DNA of 64,000 bases, from the NCBI GenBank assembly GCA_965246715.1, contig CBDFFH010000051.1, positions 1 through 64,000 on the forward strand, given 5' to 3'. Position 1 is the stretch's first letter, and the number at the start of each line of letters is the position of its first letter. Position numbers and translations under genes: made by a program. Below, piece after piece: positions 16,415 to 25,548 of this stretch. This stretch comes from Chamaesiphon sp. (lineage in GTDB: Bacteria > Cyanobacteriota > Cyanobacteriia > Cyanobacteriales > Chamaesiphonaceae). The notes beneath the pieces are model-generated. The model worked only from the letters and a program-made list of their open reading frames with translations. It was not told the DNA's origin and did no database searches.

Positions 16415-18997
16415 TTACACCTCAGCCAGCTTTCTGACATCATCCACCGAGACAGTTCGACCTTCATCTTCAAATCCCGTAATCTCATCGAAATTCAGAT
16501 AACGATACAGATCCCCTGCAAACGGATTGATTTTCTTACTCATCAAATCCAGATATTCCGGTACCGTGGGAATCCGCCCCAACAGCGAACAAACTGCCGC
16601 TAATTCTGCCGAACCGAGATAGACTTGGGCACCTTTACCCATCCGGTTATTGAAATTGCGGGTGGATGTCGAGAAGACCGTGGCATTATCGGCGGTGCGG
16701 GCTTGATTGCCCATACAGAGACTGCATCCGGGCATTTCTGTCCGTGCGCCAGCGGCATCGAAGATCGCGTACATCCCTTCGGCTTTGAGTTGAGATTCGT
16801 CCATGCGGGTGGGGGGACAGATCCATAACTGGGTGGTGACTGCGGGTTCGCCGTCGAGGACTTTGGCGGTGGCGCGGTAGTGACCGATATTAGTCATGCA
16901 GGAGCCGACGAAGACTTCATCGATTTTAGCTCCAGCGACTTCGCTCAGGAGTTTGATATTGTCGGGGTCGTTGGGGGCGGCGACGATCGGTTCAGTAATT
17001 GTATTAAGATCGATCTCGATGATTTCGGCGTATTCGGCATCGGCATCGGCGGACATCAGGACGGGATTGGCCAGCCAAGCTTCCATCTGGGCGACGCGGC
17101 GCAACATGGTGCGGGCATCGGTGTAACCGCGTGCGACCATGTTTTTGAGCAGGGCGACGTTGGAGCGGATATATTCGGTGACGGTGGCTTCGCTGAGTTT
17201 AATCGTCGAGCCAGCGCAGGAACGTTCTGCGGTTGCGTCGGTGAGTTCAAAGGCTTGTTCGACTTTGAGATCTGGTAAGCCTTCGATTTCCATAATCCGC
17301 CCAGAGAAGACGTTGAGTTTGTTTTGTTTGTCGTTGGTGAGTAAGCCTTGTTGCATGGCGACGTAGGGAATCGCATTGACGACATCGCGGAGGGTGACTC
17401 CGGGTTGGAGTTCGCCTGTGAAGCGCACTAATACGGATTCAGGCATATCTAAGGGCATCGCACCCAGAGCGGCGGCGAAGGCGACTAAACCGGAGCCTGC
17501 GGGGAAGGAAATGCCGAGGGGGAAGCGGGTGTGGGAGTCGCCGCCTGTGCCGACGGTATCGGGGAGGAGCATCCGATTCAGCCAGGAGTGGATGATGCCG
17601 TCGCCCGGATGGAGGGCTACGCCGCCGCGTTGGGCGAAGAAGTCGGGGAGTTCTTCGTGGGTGAGGATGTCTACTGGTTTGGGATAGGCGGCGGTATGAC
17701 AGAAGCTCTGCATCACTAAATCCGCACTGAAACCGAGACAGGCGAGTTCTTTGAGTTCGTCGCGAGTCATCGGCCCCGTGGTATCTTGGGAACCAACGGT
17801 GGTCATTAAGGGTTCGCAGGACATCCCAGGGCGCACGCCTGGTAATCCGCAGGCTTTGCCGACCATTTTTTGAGCGAGGGTGTAGCCTTTGCCTGTATCT
17901 GTCGGTTGGGTGGGGCGGGTAAAGATGGTGCTGGGGGGTAATCCCAAGGCGATGCGGATTTTGTCGGTGAGGGTACGCCCAATCAGCAGGGGAATTCTAC
18001 CGCCAGCGCGGACTTCATCAAGGATAGTGTCGGGTTTGAGGTTGAAGGTGGAGAGGGTTGCGCCGGATTCGTTGGTAATTTTGCCAGCGTAGGGGTGAAT
18101 GGTGATGACCATACCAGTTTCGAGCATGGTAATATCACACTCGATCGGTAAACTCCCCGAATCCTCGGCAGTATTAAAGAAAATCGGCGCGATTTTACTA
18201 CCCAAAACATAACCACCCGTGCGCTTATTCGGAACGCAGGGAATATCTGCGCCGATGTGCCAGAGGACGGAATTAATCGCCGATTTGCGCGAGGAACCCG
18301 TACCGATAACGTCGCCAACATAGGCGAGGGGGTGTCCTTTCTGTTTCAATTCAGCAATGGTGGCTAAACTCCCTGGCTGGCGAGTTTCCAGCATCGCGAG
18401 GGCATGGAGGGGAATATCGGGGCGACTGGTAGCTTCAGTTGCGGGGGATAAGTCGTCGGTGTTGGTTTCGCCTGGAACTTTGAAGACAGTGACGGTAATG
18501 GTTTCGGGCAGGGTGGGGCGTGAGGTGAACCACTCGGCATTCGCCCAAGCATCGATGACTTGTTTGGCGTAGGGATTAGTTTGGGAGAGTTCCCAGACAT
18601 CGTTAAATGCGTCGTAAACGAGAACGATTTTGCTCAGTGCTTTGACTGCGGCTGTAGCGAGTTCTGTATCATCAGAGTGGAGTAAGTCAATCAGCGATCG
18701 AACGTTATAACCACCTAACATTGTACCTAATAGCTCGATCGACTCGATCTTATCAATCAACGGACTAGTAATTTTACCTGTGACGATACCAGTCAGGAAG
18801 CCAGCCTTGACATAAGCAGCCGGATCTACTCCAGGTGGAACTCGATCGCGCAATAATGCAATTAGGTTAGCCTCTTCACCCGCAGGTGGATGTTGTAATA
18901 GTTCGCAGAGGGCACTGGTTTGTTCGGCATCGAGTGGTAATGGGGGAATTCCCAATGCGGCTCGATCGGCTGTATGCTGGCGATATGCTTCTAACAT
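16415..18997 (-). CDS. acnB: Aconitate hydratase B, full length
   Basis: 860 aa; MLEAYRQH..., [40 protein letters not shown]. Confidence 0.98.
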   Translation of the reverse strand: MLEAYRQHTADRAALGIPPLPLDAEQTSALCELLQHPPAGEEANLIALLRDRVPPGVDPAAYVKAGFLTGIVTGKITSPLIDKIESIELLGTMLGGYNVRSLIDLLHSDDTELATAAVKALSKIVLVYDAFNDVWELSQTNPYAKQVIDAWANAEWFTSRPTLPETITVTVFKVPGETNTDDLSPATEATSRPDIPLHALAMLETRQPGSLATIAELKQKGHPLAYVGDVIGTGSSRKSAINSVLWHIGADIPCVPNKRTGGYVLGSKIAPIFFNTAEDSGSLPIECDITMLETGMVITIHPYAGKITNESGATLSTFNLKPDTILDEVRAGGRIPLLIGRTLTDKIRIALGLPPSTIFTRPTQPTDTGKGYTLAQKMVGKACGLPGVRPGMSCEPLMTTVGSQDTTGPMTRDELKELACLGFSADLVMQSFCHTAAYPKPVDILTHEELPDFFAQRGGVALHPGDGIIHSWLNRMLLPDTVGTGGDSHTRFPLGISFPAGSGLVAFAAALGAMPLDMPESVLVRFTGELQPGVTLRDVVNAIPYVAMQQGLLTNDKQNKLNVFSGRIMEIEGLPDLKVEQAFELTDATAERSCAGSTIKLSEATVTEYIRSNVALLKNMVARGYTDARTMLRRVAQMEAWLANPVLMSADADAEYAEIIEIDLNTITEPIVAAPNDPDNIKLLSEVAGAKIDEVFVGSCMTNIGHYRATAKVLDGEPAVTTQLWICPPTRMDESQLKAEGMYAIFDAAGARTEMPGCSLCMGNQARTADNATVFSTSTRNFNNRMGKGAQVYLGSAELAAVCSLLGRIPTVPEYLDLMSKKINPFAGDLYRYLNFDEITGFEDEGRTVSVDDVRKLAEV

Positions 18998-20490
18998 CTG
19001 GATTTAGCTTCTGTATCTAGGTTGTTCTATTTTAATAGGTGGCGGTTGTTGATAGATGTTTGGGGCGATCGATTTTCCAAGGAGAGACTCGCGGAAGGTC
19101 AGTGGATCGAATTGCACATTATCCAATTTGCACTAATCTAATGCGTGTATTTTTGCCAATAGAATACTTGCACGCTCTGTTCCTTTCCAAGACTCGTCTT
19201 TTATTGCATCTGTCAATCCCTCAGCTATTAAGCTTTTTTGTGGATTTGAAATATTTTTCCCCAATCGAAAGACGATCTGCTGTAAGCTATCCACAACATC
19301 TTCACGAATATTCGCTCGATGCTCTTGTTCATTTTTCAAGATGCTCAACAAAGGTTCGATCGCATTTTGTTGACCGACAGCACCTAAAGCTTTGACAACA
19401 ATACTTCGGCGTACATAGCTACGAAAATCGAGACAATCTACTAATGCAGCAGTAACAGCAATTAATCCTTCATCTAAAGATGATGAAGTTGGAGTTCTAA
19501 TTAAAGACTGTGCTGCATTTATCCGAACACGGATATCTTTATGTTGTAATCCCTTAATGGCTAAGTCGATCGCAGTACTAAAGTTCTCTTTAGTTTCTAT
19601 TCTGGAAATAACTGTACCGAAAAAGTTGTAACGACTAGCATCATTGCGAACTTTACGATTAGAGTGTTCCATTGCCGCACTTAACCCAAAGATCGCTATT
19701 TTATAATCAACTTGTGGTAATAATCGAGCCATTGCAGATCGAACATCCTGAAATTGGCTTTGTAATGATAATCTCAATGTTAATTTGTTGTTTATCCCGT
19801 AGATCCCTACTACTGCGTAAAATGCAGATAGACGTATCTGATGATGTTCTGACTGTAAGCTATCAATCAAAGGTTCGATTGCTCGATCATTACCAATTAC
19901 ACCTAATGCACCTGCGGCGCGCATTCTCACGGCATGAGACGAATCTTGTAGGGCAATAATTAAAGGATCGATCGCTTGTTCTAGATTGACCGATTGTATT
20001 CTTCCGATAATTGTAATTCCAGTAATGGCATTTTTTCTGATATTAAGATCTGGATCTTGCAAGGCTCTAATTAATGGCTCAACTGATTTCTGTTTACCGA
20101 TTTTAGCCAGAGATCGAATTGCTTTTAATCTAATCCAACAGCTTTCAGATTGCGCTGCCAATATCAGAGGCTCAATCACTCGCTCATCATCAATCCTACC
20201 TAACATTTCAGCAGATATGCCACGAGCGCGATGATATCCATTCTGCAATACATTAATCAATAATTCAATTTGTTTTTTGCTAATACTGCGTTTCAATGAA
20301 TTTGTTATACGATCGCATAAGTCTCGATCTCCACTATTGAGAGCATCGAATAAAATTTGAATCGAGCGTTCGCTATTAATTTTTATCAATTCATCAATAG
20401 CACCCTGACGAACATAGAAATTCAGATCTCTTAATTTAAACTCTAATATTTCAATAGCACGTTCATTACCTTCTCGATCGGTAATATGGG

Positions 20491-21978
20491 CAGGGTGAAC
20501 GCATCAAAACAGGATTTATTTCGATCGAGAGCCACTAAAATAGGCGATTAATGATATTCGATTGCTTAACTACAATTACGACAATATCAATAAAATCGAA
20601 ACCAAAGACGAGGTTAAATTAACTCAATTTAGTCCGGCAAAAGTGCGGCTAAAGATATTTAGCCAAATTCATACTCTGGGGTTAGTTAAATTTAGGCTAA
20701 AATAGCCTCTAGAAGTTCGCGCGAATATTCTTCATCAAGGCTCGCAAGAAATCGCTTCTTCCTAACACTTAGTTTTCGACTCTTGTTCTGACTCATTATA
20801 TTAACTGCTATATGTCTTAAAACAGCAAAATTAGCTGGAGCATTATCTTTTCTAATTCGACTAATGTCTTCTTTGAAAATAACATCAAGTACCCAATGGA
20901 GTGAATTTTCTATCGACCAATGACCTCTGATTGCTTCTGCTAGTTTTTCAACATTATCTTCTAAGCTACTGATGAAATAACGAGCTTCTACGCTGGTTTT
21001 TTCATTGACAACTCGAACTGATTCTACCATGCAAATACTAGTCAGATTTTGCCATTTTAGCAATGGATCTATTGATGTTGCAATGTCTGATATCATTAGG
21101 TAATTACGAGTTTCCTCTCTACCTCTATTCATCTCTCTACTGCTGAAGCTATGCGTTTTCAGACTTTCACCACGAGTTTTAATCGCCTGTTTGAATAGCT
21201 GTTCTACCCTTTCATATAAACTTGGTTGATTCTTTTTGACAGCAATTACATAATCTGCTTCTTTTTTGACAATTTTCTTGACTATTTCTCGCTGACATCC
21301 CATTGCATCAATTGTCACTATACATCCAGCTAGATCTAAGGCATTAATCAACTCAGGCAATGCAGTAATTTCATTTGATTTACTCTCGACTTTTGTTTGT
21401 CCTAATACTAATCTATTACTTGCTGCCCAAGCACTGACCGTATTAATTACTCCTTTACCATTTTTTTCGTCTCTTGAATTTCGAGATTGTTCTCCATCAA
21501 ATGCGATTATCTCTCCTGCTGTTATTTTACTTATTCCTTTAATCCAATGCAGGAAAGATTTATTGAATTCTTCAGGATTAATTTGTGAAAATACCCGTGC
21601 AAATGTATCGTGAGATGGTATCCCATTCGGTAATTCTAGAAATTCCTCCAGCCATTTTTTTCTGGTGATGCCATACAGCTCTATGTCTTCCCATCCATCT
21701 GCTCCACATACTACTGCACAAATCGAGATCGTGATAATATCGATTAGTTTGTGTTTTTTCCCCCGTTCAATTCTAATGTCTTTTATGTCACCAAAGTGTT
21801 CTGCGATACTATGCCTTGGCTTTAGCTTCATTTGACGCGATCTGAATTTCCAATAAATATAACATAATTAACTGGCTATACTTGTTTACCATTAAAGCTT
21901 TCATACTTTTCGTAATTCAAATCTGCAACTGATTTGCGAGGATTTTAAATAGTAGGAAATTTAAGTGCGTTCACCCTG
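20491..21978 (-). mobile_element. ISAs1-family insertion sequence (1488 bp)
   Basis: TIRs cagggtgaacgca / tgcgttcaccctg; 10-bp TSD gtaatatggg at 20481-20490 and 21979-21988. Confidence 0.95.
20692..21831 (-). CDS. ISAs1 transposase
   Basis: GIPSHDTF, KSNEITA, TIDAMGCQ, HWSIENSLHWVLDV. Confidence 0.95.
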   Translation of the reverse strand: MKLKPRHSIAEHFGDIKDIRIERGKKHKLIDIITISICAVVCGADGWEDIELYGITRKKWLEEFLELPNGIPSHDTFARVFSQINPEEFNKSFLHWIKGISKITAGEIIAFDGEQSRNSRDEKNGKGVINTVSAWAASNRLVLGQTKVESKSNEITALPELINALDLAGCIVTIDAMGCQREIVKKIVKKEADYVIAVKKNQPSLYERVEQLFKQAIKTRGESLKTHSFSSREMNRGREETRNYLMISDIATSIDPLLKWQNLTSICMVESVRVVNEKTSVEARYFISSLEDNVEKLAEAIRGHWSIENSLHWVLDVIFKEDISRIRKDNAPANFAVLRHIAVNIMSQNKSRKLSVRKKRFLASLDEEYSRELLEAILA

Positions 21979-22060
21979 GTAATATGGGTATCTTCATCAA
22001 AATCAGTCATTTACCACTGCCTATAAAATGATAAATATTCGATCGATATTCGCGATCTCG

Positions 22061-22120
22061 TTATCTTTCTGGAAAAATCGACCTGATGACTCCCCAAGCT
22101 AAAATGGGGGTGTTCGATCG
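22061..22120 (+). repeat. Degenerate copy (R0) of the inter-cassette repeat
   Basis: ttatctttctgg...aatgggggtgttcgatcg resembles both ends of R6 but lacks the central core. Confidence 0.45.
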
Positions 22121-22122
22121 TG

Positions 22123-22323
22123 CTAATTTTGTCCTTGTTCTAATACTTTTCCTAATCGTTGTTTGCGCTGAGTCAAAATCTCTCGATCGAGTTTGGCAAT
22201 AACTTCTTCTAGTTGAATACCTGCTAACTCCATTTCCTGACAATTTTGATGTGCTTTAGCTAAAGTTTGTTTGATTTTTTCTGGATCTGGGATAGTAGGG
22301 ATAAAACTCATTTTAATCTCCAA
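22123..22323 (-). CDS. Small hypothetical protein
   Basis: 66-aa helical ORF overlapping the end of the upstream 114-aa ORF. Confidence 0.55.
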   Translation of the reverse strand: MEIKMSFIPTIPDPEKIKQTLAKAHQNCQEMELAGIQLEEVIAKLDREILTQRKQRLGKVLEQGQN

Positions 22324-22652
22324 TCTAGTTCGATTTCTTCTAGACTCCGCTCTAACGCAGGAATGCGATTCTGAATATTAGAGATTGCATCATTTATTAA
22401 TTTTAGCAGATCGTTAGAAACTGTGGGTTGTACTTCAGCAATCCGTAAGTGCAACGTTGATAGTTGAGAAAGCCTGGTTTTAGCTTGTTCGGCTATTTCT
22501 GTAAGTTGCTCTAAGGTCGAGATTGTTTCTAAAGTTTCGCCAATACTCTCCAATAGTGTAAATTCCAAAGATTTTGCTCGATCTATAATATCCAACAGTT
22601 CCTCTTTCTGTTGACTCAGAGTTGCTCTAATCTCTGGAGATAGCTTTGCCAT
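22308..22652 (-). CDS. Hypothetical helical protein
   Basis: 114-aa ATG ORF, first of a two-gene unit. Confidence 0.65.
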   Translation of the reverse strand: MAKLSPEIRATLSQQKEELLDIIDRAKSLEFTLLESIGETLETISTLEQLTEIAEQAKTRLSQLSTLHLRIAEVQPTVSNDLLKLINDAISNIQNRIPALERSLEEIELDWRLK

Positions 22653-22694
22653 AGTAACTTGAAAAATGTCGTTCAGATATCATACTCGATAAGC

Positions 22695-22794
22695 TCGTGA
22701 TTTTATTGTCTTTTTGGTAAGGCTCGATTCTTTGGTGTAGCTTCTGGAGCAAGAGGATCGATCGTTGAGATGAATGGGGTGGGTGACTCGATCT
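22695..22794 (+). repeat. Inter-cassette repeat R1
   Basis: tcgtgattttatt...ggtaaggctcgattctttggtgtagcttctggagcaagaggatcgatcg...gatgaatggggtgggtgactcgatc. Confidence 0.9.
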
Positions 22795-22868
22795 GCTTTG
22801 CTATCTCTCGCACTGTTTGTTAAATTAGAATTGGACTAGTGTTCGATCGTCGATATGGAGTAAAGAGC

Positions 22869-23126
22869 GTGAATATTGAATTAAAATCCGAACAAGAACA
22901 GTTCATTCGATCGCAGATTGAGAGTGGCGAGTATCAGACTGCTGACGATGTTATTTCCGAAGCATTTAAACTATTAGCAGCCCGATCTAATAAAATCGAA
23001 CAACTTCGCCAGAAGATTGCAGTAGGTACCGCCGAAATTGTTAACGGGCAGATAACAGATGGAGAACTGGTATTTGAAAGACTGCAAGCAAAGATCGATT
23101 TAATTGCTAGAAACAACGATCTATGA
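22869..23126 (+). CDS. parD: ParD-like RHH antitoxin
   Basis: EQEQFIRSQIESGEYQTADDVISEAFKLL. Confidence 0.85.
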   Translation: MNIELKSEQEQFIRSQIESGEYQTADDVISEAFKLLAARSNKIEQLRQKIAVGTAEIVNGQITDGELVFERLQAKIDLIARNNDL

Positions 23127-23419
23127 GTAGCTACTCTTTTTCAGATACAGCGATTCGAGATCTCGATGAAATTTGCAATTATATTGCAGTTCAAAATAGT
23201 AAAGCAGCTAGTCAACTATTCGATCTAATTAGACAAAAGTGTAAATTAGTAGCTAATTTCCCCAATATGGGAAAGAGTTATTCAAGGCTAGAGTCAAACT
23301 TGAGAGGATTTGTAGTTGAAGACTATATTATTTTTTATGATCCTACTCCAGACGGAATTAATATTGCTAGAGTGGTGAGTGGTTATCGAGATCTAGAGGA
23401 TCTATTCTTGGACGATTGA
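23123..23419 (+). CDS. parE: ParE/RelE-family toxin
   Basis: AIRDLDEICNYIA...FPNMG...LRGF...YIIFY...IARVVSGYRD. Confidence 0.88.
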   Translation: MSSYSFSDTAIRDLDEICNYIAVQNSKAASQLFDLIRQKCKLVANFPNMGKSYSRLESNLRGFVVEDYIIFYDPTPDGINIARVVSGYRDLEDLFLDD

Positions 23420-23436
23420 TAACGCGATTTGACAAT

Positions 23437-23500
23437 TGTGTAGCCTAGCAGAGCAAGAGAATCGATCGCCCTTGATGAATGGGGTGGGTGATTCGATCGA
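23437..23500 (+). repeat. Inter-cassette repeat R2 (left-truncated)
   Basis: tgtgtagcctagcagagcaagagaatcgatcgcccttgatgaatggggtgggtgattcgatcg. Confidence 0.85.
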
Positions 23501-23546
23501 TCGGTCTTCGCTATAATAGATTGGTAAGGCGATAGGAATAAGACTG

Positions 23547-23957
23547 ATGACGTTTGACGAAATGCAACTGTTGATGCAGCAACTATTTGTAGCGCAGCGC
23601 GAGCTACAAGCTAGACAGGAATCGATGCAAACTAGAGAAGAAGTGATGCAAACTAGACAAGACAACTTACAATCAGTTGTTGAATCTAATTCTCGTGCGA
23701 TTCAGGCAATGTTAGATCAAGCCGCAGAGGATAGATTAAATCGGGAGGAAGAGCGACTAGCTCAAGAACAAAGAACGCGGGAACACGAGCAGAGAATGGG
23801 AAATATTGAGGCTCTATCTCAACGATTAGTCCAAGTTCAGGAATGGATGGCAAATCTATTGATATCCTTGGATGAGGATCGCCCGACCGTTTTAAGAAAG
23901 CTGAATACAATTGACAACAAGGTTGACGTTATTATCGATCGACTATCACCTAATTAA
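23547..23957 (+). CDS. Coiled-coil hypothetical protein
   Basis: 136 aa, Q/E/R-rich heptad pattern. Confidence 0.7.
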   Translation: MTFDEMQLLMQQLFVAQRELQARQESMQTREEVMQTRQDNLQSVVESNSRAIQAMLDQAAEDRLNREEERLAQEQRTREHEQRMGNIEALSQRLVQVQEWMANLLISLDEDRPTVLRKLNTIDNKVDVIIDRLSPN

Positions 23958-24018
23958 CAATATTAATCTTTCGTTGGCGTAGCCTCTCCATGGAGAATCG
24001 ATCTAACATTCGATTTTG

Positions 24019-24120
24019 TCGTGATTTTATTATACTTCTAGTAAGGCTCGATTCGTTGGTGTAGACTCTGGGGCAAGAGGATCGATCGTCGATCTGAACG
24101 AGGTGAGTGGTTCGATCGAT
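24019..24120 (+). repeat. Inter-cassette repeat R3
   Basis: tcgtgattttatt...gtaaggctcgattcgttggtgtagactctggggcaagaggatcgatcg...ggttcgatcg. Confidence 0.9.
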
Positions 24121-24159
24121 CTGATGTATAGATGAGTACTCGCGATCGATACTTCATTT

Positions 24160-24429
24160 CTAGGGAAAATAACGATAAATTTCGGAGCGATGTAAAACTC
24201 GGCTCATCACAATTTTATCATCTTCCCAGAAAAAGCCAATCCGATAATCTCCAACCCGAATCCGATAGGCAGTATCATCACCTTTGAGTTTTGACAAATT
24301 GGCAATGGTGCTCAAATCTTCCGCGCTGGGTATTTCCTCCAATACCAAAGCACAAATCTTTTCATAAACCTCTGTGCTTTGCAGAGCCTTCAAATCTTTA
24401 AGAAACTTTTTTGTATATCTGGTGTTCAT
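24160..24429 (-). CDS. relE: RelE-family toxin
   Basis: KKFLKDLKAL...KLKG...YRIRVGDYRIG...RVLHRSEIY. Confidence 0.9.
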   Translation of the reverse strand: MNTRYTKKFLKDLKALQSTEVYEKICALVLEEIPSAEDLSTIANLSKLKGDDTAYRIRVGDYRIGFFWEDDKIVMSRVLHRSEIYRYFP

Positions 24430-24635
24430 TATCGACCGAGGTATAACTTTGCTTCTGCAAGATCGATCGTTTCATCATCTTTAGCTTCTTGCATCGCTCT
24501 AAGTAAACCTTCATCCTCTAATTGTTGCTGTTTAAACTCCAAAAACTCAGCAAAGGTTAATACCTGTTGTTGTAGCTCTGAAGGTAAACTGCGTATCTTC
24601 TCAATTGCCAATTGTTCGATAGTTGTTATAGGCAT
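24429..24635 (-). CDS. DUF2281-like antitoxin
   Basis: IRSLPSELQQQVLTFAEFL; its stop overlaps the toxin start. Confidence 0.75.
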   Translation of the reverse strand: MPITTIEQLAIEKIRSLPSELQQQVLTFAEFLEFKQQQLEDEGLLRAMQEAKDDETIDLAEAKLYLGR

Positions 24636-24689
24636 TTTGGTCACTCTCGATTTGTATCACTATTTTAACAACAAACATGGATATGACAT

Positions 24690-24760
24690 TCGATTCGTTG
24701 GTGTAGTCTCTGGAGCAAGAGAATCGATCGCCCTTGATGAATAGGTGAGGGGTTCGATCT
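24690..24760 (+). repeat. Inter-cassette repeat R4
   Basis: tcgattcgttggtgtagtctctggagcaagagaatcgatcgcccttgatgaataggtgaggggttcgatc. Confidence 0.9.
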
Positions 24761-24782
24761 CATTTATATTGCAATCATAGCC

Positions 24783-25070
24783 TCATAAACTGCGATAAAC
24801 TTCATCATCATTACGTTTACCAACCCGAAAGATTTGAACTTGCCCCAATTGTTCGTCCGTAGCTTCCTGAATATAATATAAAATTCTAAACTCGCCTTGG
24901 TCTGCACGATAACCACCCACAATTCCCTTGAGAGCCTTGCAATCCTGTTGAATTGGTTCTGTACCTAATGAGAGGATTTTAGCAACAACTTGTTTGTATT
25001 GCTTCGGTTGCAAATCTTGCAGATCTTTCGCAACCGATTTACTAATTAGTAGCAGATATTGTTTAGACAT
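24783..25070 (-). CDS. relE: RelE-family toxin
   Basis: KDLQDL...KALKG...YRADQGEFRILY...FRVGKRNDDEVY. Confidence 0.88.
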   Translation of the reverse strand: MSKQYLLLISKSVAKDLQDLQPKQYKQVVAKILSLGTEPIQQDCKALKGIVGGYRADQGEFRILYYIQEATDEQLGQVQIFRVGKRNDDEVYRSL

Positions 25071-25314
25071 CGATAGATCGCATTGCCAGTAATTCTGCTG
25101 CCGTCATAAATCCAGTACTCTCAGCCATCGCTTGTTTCAATTGTGCTGTAGCAATAGCATCTTCCAAAGCTTCTAGTTTGGCTAAATCCTCATAACTAAC
25201 GATCGCCGCGACGAGTTTACCATGACGTTCGATCGCAATTCGCTCCTGATGATGGGCGCGATCGATCAAGTCAAAAAAGTTTTTCCTTCCATCGGTAGCG
25301 TTGAATGTTGACAT
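25063..25314 (-). CDS. Phd/YefM-family antitoxin
   Basis: MSTFNATDGRKNFFDLIDRA...IERHGKLVAAIVS. Confidence 0.88.
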   Translation of the reverse strand: MSTFNATDGRKNFFDLIDRAHHQERIAIERHGKLVAAIVSYEDLAKLEALEDAIATAQLKQAMAESTGFMTAAELLAMRSIDV

Positions 25315-25343
25315 TAGTATTAGTATAATTCCCACAGAAAGCA

Positions 25344-25364
25344 AAACGTACACTATGTACGTTT
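25344..25364. promoter_or_regulatory. Palindromic operator candidate for the Phd-RelE pair
   Basis: aaacgtaca-cta-tgtacgttt, perfect 9-bp arms 30 bp upstream of the antitoxin start. Confidence 0.6.
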
Positions 25365-25401
25365 ACATTATGGCTGATGTCTCGATCTACTGTCAAGCCA
25401 A

Positions 25402-25497
25402 TCGTGATTTTATTATTTTTAACGTTGGTGTAGCCTCTGGAGCAAGAGGATCGATCGCCCTTGATGAATGGGTGAGGGGTTCGATCGACTTTGAGTT
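25402..25497 (+). repeat. Inter-cassette repeat R5
   Basis: tcgtgattttatt...cgttggtgtagcctctggagcaagaggatcgatcgcccttgatgaatgggtgaggggttcgatcgactttgagtt. Confidence 0.9.
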
Positions 25498-25548
25498 GCG
25501 AAGGATTTTGCTAGAATAGAGGGACGGTTAACACCTGGAAAAATCAGC

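Larger units (their letters stand above)
19133..22010 (-). pseudogene. HEAT-repeat (PBS-lyase-like) protein interrupted near its start by ISAs1
   Basis: ATG at 22010 (MTDFDEDTH); removing the IS and one TSD restores the frame into ITDREGNERAIEIL...LIKINSERS and repeated (A/S)xEPL...ALQD units. Confidence 0.88.

Noticed and set aside
22695..22794. Inter-cassette repeat as the duplicated 3' end of a protein gene (minus frames SILLLQxLHQRIEPY or DPLAPExTPTNRAL)
   Set aside because: Differences between copies are not consistently synonymous in either frame, indels occur, and no parent gene is in the window.
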